Below, piece by piece: positions 14,114-24,278 of a stretch of 32,000 nucleotides of DNA (positions are counted from its first letter, which is position 1; every line of letters starts with the position of its first letter). Location of the stretch: the NCBI RefSeq assembly GCF_000025505.1, contig NC_013849.1, forward strand, positions 660,001-692,000. The letters run 5' to 3'. The notes under the pieces are model-generated. The model ran no database searches. It was not told where the DNA came from and saw only the letters and a list, made by a program, of their open reading frames with translations. The translations under genes and the position numbers were made by a program. The DNA comes from Ferroglobus placidus DSM 10642. Its GTDB lineage: Archaea > Halobacteriota > Archaeoglobi > Archaeoglobales > Archaeoglobaceae.

Positions 14114-15457
14114 TTGGTGGAAACTGTAGATATCTTAATGGGAGATCCGAGAAAATCAATTCCAAAGCTCTCGTTTCCAATAATAATAAGTAACCTCGCC
14201 TTCACACTTTACAATTTTGCCGACGGAATCTGGGTTGCTGGACTGGGTGCTGAAGCTCTTTCAGCTATCGGCATATTTTTTCCCATTTTCATGATTTTCC
14301 TTGCTCTGTCCTTTGGGCTGAGCATAGGTTTATCTTCAGCTATTTCGAGGGGAATAGGAGGAGGGAAAGATGTTAACAACATCGCAAATCACGGAGTGAT
14401 TATTGGGTTGATAATTTCCCTCTTTCTACTCACCACCCACTTTAAGCTTGAGGAAATTTTAAATTTGGTTGGTGCGAGGGAAGCTGTTTTAGCTCTCGCC
14501 TTAAACTATGGGAGAATTATTGTTCTTGCCTCGCCTCTACTCGTATTCAATAGCGTTTTTGTGGGGATTTTAAACGGAGAAGGAAACACGAAAATGACGA
14601 TGTACGCTAACGTGGCTGGAAGTCTGGTAAATATACTTCTTGACCCGGTATTTATTTACATTCTCGGTCTCGGCATTTCTGGAGCTGCTTTTGCAAGCGT
14701 GGCTTCGATGCTCATTTCCCTGCTAATTCTAATCTGCGTGTTTTTAACGAAAAGAAGCTTTGTTAGAATTACCCTGCCAGAAATTAGATTAGACTTTCGG
14801 GTTATTTTTGACATTCTCAGAGTGGGGATTCCCTCTTCGTTCTCCATGCTGACGATGTCAGTTTCAATGGCTATTCTGAACTCTCTGATAGTTAAAACGG
14901 ACATTTACGGAGTAGCAGTCTTTACATCAGCTTGGAGGGTTCTAAGTTTCGGTTTCATACCACTCTTCGGAATAGCTGCGGCAACAACAGCCGTTACCGG
15001 AGCTGCTTACGGAGGGAAAAATGTTGAAAAATTAAAGTCAGCTTTGCTGTATGCTGTAAAACTTGCCTTCACCGTGGAGCTTGGTATAGCTGCTGCTATG
15101 ATACTTCTTTCTGGAAAGATCGCTTACCTCTTCACTTACTCAGAAAAAAGTGAGGTAATTTACGAAGAGCTCGTTGAAACACTTAAGATTATGCCGATAT
15201 TTTTACCCTTTGCAGCCTTCGGTTTTGTCAGCAACTCGACTTTTCAGGGAATGGGAAAAGGAGAAAGAGTATTTGTGATAACTTTTTTGAGAACAGTTGT
15301 ATTACAACTTGGTTTAGCGTTTTTATTTGCCTTCGTTTTAGGTCTTGGATTTTTCGGAATCGTTATTGGAGTTACTCTTGGTAATGTTCTTGCATCTTTC
15401 GTTGCTTTCCTCTGGGTTATCTTTACCGTTAGGTCGTTGGCGCATTCGAAGTTTTAA
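14114..15457 (+). CDS. MATE-family multidrug/oligosaccharide efflux transporter
   Basis: The 447-aa polytopic ORF has about 12 TM helices and internal two-fold repeat character (ILNGEGNTK / TFQGMGKGE loops typical of MATE). The start is ambiguous: TTG 14114, GTG 14117 or ATG 14138. Confidence 0.85.
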   Translation: MVETVDILMGDPRKSIPKLSFPIIISNLAFTLYNFADGIWVAGLGAEALSAIGIFFPIFMIFLALSFGLSIGLSSAISRGIGGGKDVNNIANHGVIIGLIISLFLLTTHFKLEEILNLVGAREAVLALALNYGRIIVLASPLLVFNSVFVGILNGEGNTKMTMYANVAGSLVNILLDPVFIYILGLGISGAAFASVASMLISLLILICVFLTKRSFVRITLPEIRLDFRVIFDILRVGIPSSFSMLTMSVSMAILNSLIVKTDIYGVAVFTSAWRVLSFGFIPLFGIAAATTAVTGAAYGGKNVEKLKSALLYAVKLAFTVELGIAAAMILLSGKIAYLFTYSEKSEVIYEELVETLKIMPIFLPFAAFGFVSNSTFQGMGKGERVFVITFLRTVVLQLGLAFLFAFVLGLGFFGIVIGVTLGNVLASFVAFLWVIFTVRSLAHSKF

Positions 15458-15482
15458 AATTTTGTTCTGAATATTAAATTTC

Positions 15483-16064
15483 ATGGAAGTGGAGGTTGTT
15501 AGGGAGCTCGAAATGGATAAGTTGAAAGTGAAGCTGGCTGGAGGAGACATAACGAAGTATCCGGCTGAGGCTATTGTTAACGCCGCAAATAAGTATCTGG
15601 AGCACGGAGGGGGAGTGGCTTATGCGATAGCCAAGGCATGTGCCGGAGACGCATCTGAATACACGAGAATAAGCAAGGAGGCGATGAGGGAGCAGATAGG
15701 GAGAGACCATATCGAGCACGGGGAGGTCGTCGTAACTCCGGCTATGAGGCTTGAGGAGAGGGGGATAAAGTATGTTATCCACACCGTCGGTCCGATATGT
15801 AAAGGAGAGTGGAACGAAAATTTAAAGGAAAAGCTCTATAAAGCTTTTAAAGCGCCCCTCGAAAAAGCCGAGGAGATGAAGCTTAAAAGCATCGCTTTTC
15901 CAGCTGTTAGCGCCGGAATTTACGGATGTCCGCTTAAGGAAGTTGTGAAAACGTTTCTCGATGCGGTGAGAGATTTCTCAAAAGAAGCAAAGAGCGTCGA
16001 GGAAGTCACTCTCGTAATCTACGGAAAGGAGGATCTTAAAGTAGCTTTGGAGGTTTTTAAATAA
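15483..16064 (+). CDS. Macro-domain protein (ADP-ribose / O-acetyl-ADP-ribose binding or hydrolysing, AF1521-like)
   Basis: The 193-aa ORF contains GDITKYPAEAIVNAANKYLEHGGGVAYAI and AFPAVSAGIYGCP, the canonical macro-domain ADP-ribose pocket motifs. Confidence 0.92.
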   Translation: MEVEVVRELEMDKLKVKLAGGDITKYPAEAIVNAANKYLEHGGGVAYAIAKACAGDASEYTRISKEAMREQIGRDHIEHGEVVVTPAMRLEERGIKYVIHTVGPICKGEWNENLKEKLYKAFKAPLEKAEEMKLKSIAFPAVSAGIYGCPLKEVVKTFLDAVRDFSKEAKSVEEVTLVIYGKEDLKVALEVFK

Positions 16065-16069
16065 TTTTT
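16065..16069 (+). terminator. Oligo-T tract immediately after the macro gene stop
   Basis: TAA is followed directly by TTTTT. Archaeal intrinsic termination uses short T-runs. Confidence 0.35.
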
Positions 16070-16126
16070 ACATGTGTGCTAATCTAATCTCCCTTTTTGT
16101 CGGGTTGCAGCACTGAAGAATGAATT

Positions 16127-17804
16127 CTTTCAATCCTCTTTTCATCGAGTGCTCCGTGAAATTCCCCATCTGATCTACGGTATAATACTTTCAATCCTCT
16201 TTTCATCGAGAGGAGATTTGTGTTGAGTAGTCTGGTAATGCCGTGCAGTGACTTTCAATCCTCTTTTCATCGAGCGATTGTAGCGGTCCGTCGTGGTCTC
16301 ACTACCGCTGGGACTTTCAATCCTCTTTTCATCGAGACATCGAACCACTTATCAGAGACAGAATTCCGCCAAACGTATCTTTCAATCCTCTTTTCATCGA
16401 GTTGATTGGGGACGCGGGAACTGGGAAGACGACGGAGTTGGTCTTTCAATCCTCTTTTCATCGAGCGGTTTTGCCTTGAACTGTCAATCTCTCGCTGAAT
16501 GCTCCTTTCAATCCTCTTTTCATCGAGGGGAGGGTGGCAAACACCAAGCGAGATTGCAGCACATCATAGAGCTTTCAATCCTCTTTTCATCGAGATTTTT
16601 AAATAAAAGGGGGTAGATGCGTGAGAAGGCTTAGCTTTCAATCCTCTTTTCATCGAGGAACGAGATGCTGAAGCTCGCCGAAGTTTCAGGAAAGTACTTT
16701 CAATCCTCTTTTCATCGAGCCAGAGGAGAAGCGCTCGGACATTACTGCATGAACTGCATCTTTCAATCCTCTTTTCATCGAGATTCCAGCACCGTTGTTG
16801 AAAGAGCTGTTATCGAGGTGATTCTTTCAATCCTCTTTTCATCGAGCAGAGTCGGAGGAAAATTGGTTGATGTTAGATACCTTATCCTTTCAATCCTCTT
16901 TTCATCGAGCCATTGGAGGATTAGAGGAGAAGCAAGATGTAACAATCTTGCTTTCAATCCTCTTTTCATCGAGGGCGAGGATGGGAAGCTAACTCCAACA
17001 ATTTTCAGAGAACCTTTCAATCCTCTTTTCATCGAGGGTCGAAAACTCTGATGTCCGATCCATCTGATTTAACAAGCTTTCAATCCTCTTTTCATCGAGA
17101 AGAGAAGGTTTTACAAACTACGAACGAGAGTTAGAAGGGGCTTTCAATCCTCTTTTCATCGAGCTAAAGCAGGGAGGTTTCCCATAGGGAAACAATCTTG
17201 TAACACTTTCAATCCTCTTTTCATCGAGTTGGATTGGTGGAACATCTCTATTGATTTTATAGCATCTCCTTTCAATCCTCTTTTCATCGAGCATTAGCAA
17301 ATACTGTGTAATCAGCCGTTGTCGTTCCAGCCTTTCAATCCTCTTTTCATCGAGTTCACGCCCGCTCCCACGAAGTCTGGCTTGGTTTTCTCACTTTCAA
17401 TCCTCTTTTCATCGAGCAAAGTAAATGTCTGCTTCTGTTGTTGTAGAGCCTCCATCTTTCAATCCTCTTTTCATCGAGCTCACACAGTTGCGAAATGGGG
17501 CGAGGATTGGCGAGGCGATCTTTCAATCCTCTTTTCATCGAGCCGGAAGTTAAAAAGCTCCAGCCGATAAAGTGCGGAATTTGCGGCTTTCAATCCTCTT
17601 TTCATCGAGAGTGGTACAAAGAATACAAAGAGGCTTTAGAGGAATACACTTTCAATCCTCTTTTCATCGAGATACCACAGAATCAATTGAAAGCCCAGGA
17701 ACAGTGGCAATTGCTTTCAATCCTCTTTTCATCGAGTCAAGGACGAGAAAATAAGCAGAGAACTTAAAAGAAAACTCCTGACTTTCAATCCTCTTTTCAT
17801 CGAG
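16127..17804 (-). CRISPR. CRISPR array with 27 identical 23-nt repeats and 26 unique spacers of 38-45 nt
   Basis: The plus-strand repeat is CTTTCAATCCTCTTTTCATCGAG. Repeat starts are 16127, 16188, 16252, 16314, 16379, 16443, 16505, 16572, 16635, 16697, 16760, 16824, 16887, 16951, 17014, 17077, 17141, 17206, 17269, 17332, 17394, 17456, 17520, 17587, 17649, 17714 and 17782. The bases flanking the repeat vary on both sides. The reverse complement CTCGATGAAAAGAGGATTGAAAG ends in ATTGAAAG, the common 8-nt crRNA 5' handle, so I infer minus-strand transcription. Confidence 0.97.
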
Positions 17805-18048
17805 GGTTATACTCTAACAAAATTTACGTCGAATGGAAGTATATAACGCTTTCTCTTCGCAACGCTTTCTCGAACACGATATACCGAGCGAAACACTTAA
17901 AAACGAAACCCCGGCGTGTTCGAGGAAAAATTTAAATAGTAGAAAGCTTTCAGCCCATTTAACAGTGTTAAAGTTGCGAAATGTTCGAGTAGTCCAGAAA
18001 TTTTGTAAAAAGCTTTAGATACGTTTTCTCAACAATTCATCCAATTTC
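17805..18048 (-). promoter_or_regulatory. Putative CRISPR leader
   Basis: A ~245-bp AT-rich non-coding tract lies on the side predicted to be upstream by the handle orientation. The opposite flank is only 62 bp. TATA-like TTATATA (reverse complement of 17839-17845) sits about 35 nt from the first repeat, and ATTTAAAT lies near 17928-17935. An 11-bp direct repeat AACGCTTTCTC occurs at 17845-17855 and 17861-17871. Confidence 0.55.
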
Positions 18049-18067
18049 AAAAAATAACGGATAAAAA
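18049..18067 (-). terminator. Oligo-T terminator candidate after the MtaD-like gene
   Basis: The minus strand reads TTTGTTTTTATCCGTTATTTTTTG just downstream of the stop at 18075, giving T5 and T6 runs. Confidence 0.45.
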
Positions 18068-18074
18068 CAAATAC

Positions 18075-19358
18075 TTACTCAACTTCCCTGAACTTTTCGG
18101 AAATTTTTTCGACCTTTCTCTTTATCTTTTCCTCGTCATCTGTGAGAACTTCTCTGTCCTCCATAACGATCGTTCCGTTTACGATCAAATGCTCAACCTC
18201 GTCTCCGGAAGCTGAGTAAACGAGAGCGTTTTCTGGAGAGTAGTGGGGAATCATGCTTACGGCTTTGTAGTTGATGAGAGCGATGTCAGCAAGATGACCT
18301 TCTTCGAGTCTTCCTCCCTTTATCCCGTAAGCTCTGTAGCCGTTTTCCGTAGCCATTTTTAGGATTTCCACAGCTCTCATAGCATCAGCTCTTCCGTATT
18401 TGATTTTCTGGAGGAGCGAAGCTAATTTCATCTCGAAGAACATGTTGTAACTGTTGTTGCTTGCCGCGCCGTCAGTGCCTAAAGCGACGTTAATTCCAGC
18501 TTCGCTCATCTCTTTGACTCTCGCAATTCCAGCCACAAGCTTTAGATTGCTTGTTGGGCAGTGGACAACGCTTACATTCCTTCTCCTCAAAATCTCGATC
18601 TCTTCATCGTCAAGCCAGATAGCGTGAGCGATGACTACATCTTCTCCCAAAAATCCGATGTCTTCAAGCAATCTTACCGGTGTTCTTCCGTACTTCTTTT
18701 TTATCTCTTCCCTCTCCCATTCCGTCTCGGCAACGTGAATGTGTATTCCAACGCCGAGCTCGTTAGCTTTTCCCCTAACCTTCCTCAAAAATTCGGGAGT
18801 GCAAGTGTAGGGAGCATGAGGGCCGAAAACAGCTTTTATTAAATTCTCAGCGTTGTTCCACTCCTTTATAAACTTCTCACCGATTTCAAGCTCCTTTCTT
18901 CCCCTCTCCTCATTCCCTCTATCCGCCATTCCGTAGCAGAGAACGGCTCTCATTCCCAGCTCTATAGCAGCTTCAGCCACTTTGTCCATGTGGATGTACA
19001 AATCGGAAAAGCAAGCTATCCCCCTCTTAAACATCTCAACTATGGCGAGCTTTGTTCCCCAGTAAACGTCGTCTTCGCTCAACTTCCTTTCCGCTTTCCA
19101 GATCTTCTTTTCGAGCCAGTCCTTTAGCTGCATGTCCTCAGCCAATCCTCTCAGCGTGATCATCGCAGCATGGGTGTGAGCGTTGAAAAAAGCCGGAACG
19201 CAGAGGAGATCCGGAGAATTAAATTCCACATCACCTTTAACGTTCTCTTTTCCAACGTAAGCGATCTTCTCCCCTTTTATCCCCACGCTCGCCCTTAAAA
19301 ACTCGCCGTTGATGAAGCATAGAGCGTCGTTTATCGCTATGTCGAACATCAGTACCAC
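18075..19358 (-). CDS. mtaD: Amidohydrolase-superfamily deaminase, 5'-methylthioadenosine/S-adenosylhomocysteine (5'-deoxyadenosine) deaminase-like
   Basis: The 427-aa ORF has the metal-binding HTH (FFNAHTHAAMITLRG), HVAETEWE, VIAHAIWL and LGTDGAASNN motifs typical of the MtaD/DadD/TM0936 group. An alternative start (MFDIA, 19349) overlaps the upstream stop as TGATG. Confidence 0.85.
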   Translation of the reverse strand: MVLMFDIAINDALCFINGEFLRASVGIKGEKIAYVGKENVKGDVEFNSPDLLCVPAFFNAHTHAAMITLRGLAEDMQLKDWLEKKIWKAERKLSEDDVYWGTKLAIVEMFKRGIACFSDLYIHMDKVAEAAIELGMRAVLCYGMADRGNEERGRKELEIGEKFIKEWNNAENLIKAVFGPHAPYTCTPEFLRKVRGKANELGVGIHIHVAETEWEREEIKKKYGRTPVRLLEDIGFLGEDVVIAHAIWLDDEEIEILRRRNVSVVHCPTSNLKLVAGIARVKEMSEAGINVALGTDGAASNNSYNMFFEMKLASLLQKIKYGRADAMRAVEILKMATENGYRAYGIKGGRLEEGHLADIALINYKAVSMIPHYSPENALVYSASGDEVEHLIVNGTIVMEDREVLTDDEEKIKRKVEKISEKFREVE

Positions 19359-19888
19359 TCCATGCTCCTCATGCTTATCTCCCTCTTCTTCTTCTCCATG
19401 AATCTCTGCACAGTTGAGTGCTGCGCTCCCTCTATAAGCATGTTTATAGCTTCCCTCGCAGCTGCTACGTTTTCGAAGGGACCTATTATAGATATGTACT
19501 TGTCGTAAACGCTCACGTGAACGTTCAGAGTTTCCTCGATTATTTTTCTGAACTTTCCCTCTTTACCGATCACTCTTCCTTTCACCCTTTCCAGCTCCTT
19601 TTGGGATAAATCACTTAGATCTATGGATTCGAAAACGTAAAAATCGTCTTCGAGAAGTTTCATAGCTATTTCCGGGTTAAATCCTTTCGCTATCGCCTCA
19701 ACGACACTCTTAGCTTTGAGAAAACCTATCGCATCTTCACCTCTTATAATTTTCACGTCGCCGGTTTTGCTGTTTATCTTTATTTTACACCCGGTTTTTT
19801 CTTCGATCCTTTTCTTTATCTCTCCCTCCTTGCCTATGAGAACGCCTACTCTGTCCTCTGGAATTCTTATTTCAACCTCTTGCTGCAT
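19349..19888 (-). CDS. KH-domain RNA-binding protein (Dim2/Pno1-like)
   Basis: The ORF has two KH GxxG motifs (IGKEGEIKK and IGKEGKFRK). I placed the start at MQQEVEI (19888), one nt after the rio1 stop. The conserved archaeal aIF1A-Rio1-KH arrangement supports the call. Confidence 0.85.
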   Translation of the reverse strand: MQQEVEIRIPEDRVGVLIGKEGEIKKRIEEKTGCKIKINSKTGDVKIIRGEDAIGFLKAKSVVEAIAKGFNPEIAMKLLEDDFYVFESIDLSDLSQKELERVKGRVIGKEGKFRKIIEETLNVHVSVYDKYISIIGPFENVAAAREAINMLIEGAQHSTVQRFMEKKKREISMRSMEWY

Positions 19889-19889
19889 T

Positions 19890-20971
<1,082 letters not shown>

Positions 20972-20972
20972 C

Positions 20973-21947
20973 TCACCACCCCATTTCTTTCAATTTTCTT
21001 CTCGTCTTTTCGAGAATCTTGTTTAAATAAGTTGCTGCAGCATTTTTCAGATCGAGTGGATGCAAATTGCCTTCGACGTAATCTTTAGCGAGTTCCTCGA
21101 AGCTCGAATACTCCACATCTCCTCCGTACTTCGCATCCCTCTCCACGACAACTTTTTCGAACCTCGGAAAGATGTGATACTTCATTATCTCGATAACGGG
21201 ATTCCCCTCTATCTGCTTCGGAGGACAGAAAGCCTTCTTTATCTTTCTGTAAACCTCCTCTTCGCTGTCTCTCACGGAAATATAGTTGCCCTTTGAAGAG
21301 CTCATCTTTTCTCCGTCCAAACCAACGAGAATTGGCGTATGCAAACAAATCGGACTTCTGTATCCAAGCCTCGGCAAATTCTCTCTGGCGAGCATGTGTA
21401 TTTTCCTCTGATCTATTCCGCCAACAGCCAAATCGATTCTCAGATGAGCTATGTCCAAAGCCTGCATTAAAGGATAGATCATCTGCGAAACCATCGGATC
21501 TTCTTTTCTTCTGCTGACCTCATCCATGCTTCTCCTCGCTCTGTTAACTGTCGTGATCCTCGCCATCTTGAGAACGTCGAGAACGTAATCCCTCGAAAGC
21601 TGAAACTCGCTTCCGAGAACGAACTCAGTTTTGCTTTCGTCCAAACCCAAAGCAACGAAAGCCGCTTTATTATATTCGGCTATTTTTCTTATCTCCTCAA
21701 AATCCCCCTTCTCGTTAAGATAAGCGTGAACGTCAGCCAACAAAACCACGACATCAAATCCGGCATCCTGCAAATCGAGGAGCTTGTTTACAGTCATCAT
21801 ATGACCGAGATGTATTTCCCCGCTCGGCTCGTATCCAACGTAAGCTCTCGGCTTATCTTTCGTTTCGAGCAGCTCTTTAAGCTCCTCCTCAGTAACTATT
21901 TCCTCGGCATTTCTCTTCACGAGTTCGATTCTACTCTGAATGTCCAT
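20973..21947 (-). CDS. tyrS: Tyrosyl-tRNA synthetase (archaeal type)
   Basis: The 324-aa ORF has a HIGH-like motif ([10 protein letters not shown]) and a KMSKS-like motif (KMSSSKGN). [13 protein letters not shown] is typical of archaeal TyrRS. Confidence 0.93.
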   Translation of the reverse strand: MDIQSRIELVKRNAEEIVTEEELKELLETKDKPRAYVGYEPSGEIHLGHMMTVNKLLDLQDAGFDVVVLLADVHAYLNEKGDFEEIRKIAEYNKAAFVALGLDESKTEFVLGSEFQLSRDYVLDVLKMARITTVNRARRSMDEVSRRKEDPMVSQMIYPLMQALDIAHLRIDLAVGGIDQRKIHMLARENLPRLGYRSPICLHTPILVGLDGEKMSSSKGNYISVRDSEEEVYRKIKKAFCPPKQIEGNPVIEIMKYHIFPRFEKVVVERDAKYGGDVEYSSFEELAKDYVEGNLHPLDLKNAAATYLNKILEKTRRKLKEMGW

Positions 21948-21971
21948 ATGAAAAGAAAAGTTTGGCTGAAT

Positions 21972-22733
21972 TTAAACTTTCTCGAACTCGGCAACGAGCG
22001 GAACGTGATCGCTCGGTTTTTCCGTAGTTCTATACTCCAACAGCACGTAACAGTCTTTAGACTTCTCCGCAAGCTTTTCAGTTGCTAAGATGTGATCGAC
22101 TCTCCACCCCAGCCCTCTTTTAACCGCATCTCTCACCCTATAATCGTAAAACGTGTATATTCTCTCCTTTGGGTGATGCTTTCTGAGGACGTCCACGAAA
22201 CCAAGCTGAACGATTTCCTTAAACGCTTTTTTCACATCCTCATGGAAGCAGACGTGATTTCTGAGCTTGTCGGGACTGTGAACGTCGATGTCCTCGGGAG
22301 CGACATTCATATCTCCGCACAGCAAATAGTATCCCTTGAAATCTACGAATTCCGATAGAAATTCCTTGAGCTTTTTGAAAAACTCCAGCTTGTATCTATA
22401 GTATTCGCTTTCTATGCTCTGCCCCTGAGGAGCGTAGACGTTTATCACCCAAAGCTTTCCGAATCTTGCAGCGATAACTCTATCTTTTTCTCCGTTAATC
22501 CCGGAAAAATACTCGTCAGGCTCGAATTTCGAGGCTATAGCAACTCCGTTTCTCGCTTTCCCTCCAGAAAAAACGACGTGATATCCTTTTAAATGAAAGT
22601 CCGCTTCTGGAAACTTTCTGTCCTCAACCTTCGTTTCTTGCATGCAGAGGATATCTACTTTCTCCATCAGAGGAAAGACTATGTGCAACCTCTTTCTAAT
22701 CGAGTTCACGTTGTACGTGCAAACTTTAAGCAT
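21972..22733 (-). CDS. xth: Exodeoxyribonuclease III / AP endonuclease (Xth family)
   Basis: The 253-aa ORF contains TYNVNSIRKR, ILCMQETK, CGDMNVAP and a C-terminal SDHVP, all EEP-fold ExoIII catalytic motifs. It overlaps the upstream gene by 8 nt. Confidence 0.92.
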   Translation of the reverse strand: MLKVCTYNVNSIRKRLHIVFPLMEKVDILCMQETKVEDRKFPEADFHLKGYHVVFSGGKARNGVAIASKFEPDEYFSGINGEKDRVIAARFGKLWVINVYAPQGQSIESEYYRYKLEFFKKLKEFLSEFVDFKGYYLLCGDMNVAPEDIDVHSPDKLRNHVCFHEDVKKAFKEIVQLGFVDVLRKHHPKERIYTFYDYRVRDAVKRGLGWRVDHILATEKLAEKSKDCYVLLEYRTTEKPSDHVPLVAEFEKV

Positions 22734-24132
22734 TTACCATCTCCTCCTTAATTTTAGAGTACTCATCAACGCTCATTAAATTCGAAGCTGCCCACATAAC
22801 GACTTCGCTTTGAGCCGGATGTATGTGCATGCTCTCGGCTAAATCAAAAACGCTAAGGTTGTGCTCCATAGCCAGAACGACTTCTTGAATTAAAATCGAC
22901 GCGTTCTTAGCTGCTATGTGGCAGCCGAGAATTTCTCCGTCTCTTTTGACAATCAGCTTAACGAATCCCTCTTCGTTCATCGCAATCCCCTTTCCCGTCT
23001 CCTCAAGCCTGAAAAACCCCACGAAAGCGTTGCCCTTTCCAAACTTTTCTAAAGCTTCTTCCTCCTTCAAGCCCACGCTTGCCACCTCCGGATACGTGAA
23101 AACCGCATGAGGAACGACCCTGTAATCAACTTTCATTTTCTTCCCGAGAATAGCGTTGTATATCACCACCTTAGCTTCGTAATTTGCCACATGCTTGAAC
23201 ATATGCTTACCTATTGCATCTCCCAGAGCATAAACGCCAGCCAAGGAGGTTTCAAGGTATTCGTTAACTTTTATCCACCCTCTTTCAGTCTCTATTCCCC
23301 CTCTCTCTGGCTTTAAAATGTCGGAATTGGGAGCTCTTCCAACTGCTACCAGAATTTCCTCAGCCTCGATTTCCTCGGTCTTACCATCCCTCTCGACTAA
23401 TAGAACTTTTCTATCTCCTCTTTTCTCAACTTTAAAAACTCTACTCCTCGTACGAATTTCAGCAACTTCCCTCATCTTCCTCTCAACGAACTTAGAGACT
23501 TCAAGCTCCTCGTTGGGTAAAATTCTGTCTGCCATCTCCACTATCTTCACGTCACATCCAAGCTGAGCGAAGAAGTTGCCGTACTCCATAGCCACGTAAC
23601 CCCCGCCAATTACTGCCAAGCTTTCCGGCATTTCTTCGAGCTTCAAGAGAGTGTCGCTCGTCAAATAACCAGCCTCTTCCAACCCTTCAATTTTCGGAAT
23701 CAAAGGTTTCGAGCCAGCACCGATGATTATTCTTTTCGAAGAGATCACCTTATCTCCGACTTTCAGCTTGTAAGGCTCGACGAACTCAGCTACCTCTCTG
23801 AAGTAGTCTATGTTTGGCGAGTTTTTCAAGCCCTCTTCGATCATTTTGACGTCCTCGCCAATTATCCTCCTCATTCTCTCCATAATTTTTCTGAAATCGA
23901 TTCCGTCGATTCTTGCGTTTATTCCGAATTCTTTGCTTCTTCTAACTTCTCTCGCCACTTCAGCCGAATAAAGCAGAATTTTTGAGGGTATGCAGCCCCG
24001 AGTTAAGCAGATTCCTCCGGGCTCGTCCTTGTCGATTACAGCGACTTTCGCTTCGGGGTTCAAAGCTAAAAAAGCCTCCACAACGCTCATAGCCGAGCCG
24101 GTGCCGATTGCGATCAAATCGTACTCTTCCAT
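22726..24132 (-). CDS. Class I pyridine nucleotide-disulfide oxidoreductase (dihydrolipoyl dehydrogenase / mercuric-glutathione reductase-like)
   Basis: The 468-aa ORF has an FAD GxGxxG (IGTGSA), a redox-active CLTRGC disulfide, a second Rossmann (IGGGYVAME) and a C-terminal HIHPAQSE His-Glu dyad. The substrate is not determinable from sequence. Confidence 0.85.
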   Translation of the reverse strand: MEEYDLIAIGTGSAMSVVEAFLALNPEAKVAVIDKDEPGGICLTRGCIPSKILLYSAEVAREVRRSKEFGINARIDGIDFRKIMERMRRIIGEDVKMIEEGLKNSPNIDYFREVAEFVEPYKLKVGDKVISSKRIIIGAGSKPLIPKIEGLEEAGYLTSDTLLKLEEMPESLAVIGGGYVAMEYGNFFAQLGCDVKIVEMADRILPNEELEVSKFVERKMREVAEIRTRSRVFKVEKRGDRKVLLVERDGKTEEIEAEEILVAVGRAPNSDILKPERGGIETERGWIKVNEYLETSLAGVYALGDAIGKHMFKHVANYEAKVVIYNAILGKKMKVDYRVVPHAVFTYPEVASVGLKEEEALEKFGKGNAFVGFFRLEETGKGIAMNEEGFVKLIVKRDGEILGCHIAAKNASILIQEVVLAMEHNLSVFDLAESMHIHPAQSEVVMWAASNLMSVDEYSKIKEEMVNA

Positions 24133-24278
24133 GAAAATTTATCGTGACAATGTAGAAGAATAAAATTTTCCCTAAAAGACTCTACAAACTCAGGGGAATC
24201 GACAAAATTAAGAAGGCATCGGAAAAACTCGAAAAGATCAGGAGAGAGCGGAATGAAGAATTTGGTGTTCGACACTAA
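24131..24278 (+). pseudogene. Remnant of a VapB-type antitoxin gene
   Basis: An ATG at 24131 opens only 10 codons (MKIYRDNVEE*). A second frame (24156-24278) reads KNKIFPKRLYKLRGIDKIKKASEKLEKIRRERNEEFGVRH* with no ATG, GTG or TTG in it. Its end overlaps the PIN start in the usual antitoxin-toxin manner. The family call is from memory of archaeal PIN-associated antitoxins with an LxGxL...EIRRE tail. Confidence 0.4.

Noticed and set aside
15483-16064. Macro domain acting as a DarG-type antitoxin or Thoeris ThsA-like effector
   Set aside because: It is a single-domain protein with no adjacent DarT, TIR or SIR2 gene, and it closely resembles the housekeeping AF1521-type macro protein.
16910-17205. 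Shared 10-mer AACAATCTTG in spacers 13 and 17
   Set aside because: The match is short, the surrounding sequence is unrelated, and it is compatible with chance or with two hits on one target. It is not evidence of spacer duplication.
17672-17713. Spacer 25 contains ATTGAAAG (the handle sequence) on the plus strand
   Set aside because: The orientation is opposite to the repeat-derived handle, and it is a single 8-mer occurrence. It is most likely coincidence.
16220-17767. About ten ORF-track ORFs (60-128 aa, both strands) containing periodic peptides such as FQSSFHR, LSILFSS, FNPLFIE, MKRGLK and LDEKRIE
   Set aside because: These are translations of the 23-nt CRISPR repeat in different frames. 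The periodicity equals the repeat-spacer unit, so they are not genes.
18075-19358. Adenosine-deaminase-type defence effector (RADAR RdrB-like) next to the CRISPR array
   Set aside because: The size (427 aa) and motifs fit ordinary MtaD/DadD metabolic deaminases. The gene is translationally coupled to the housekeeping aIF1A-Rio1-KH string, and there is no RdrA-like ATPase partner.
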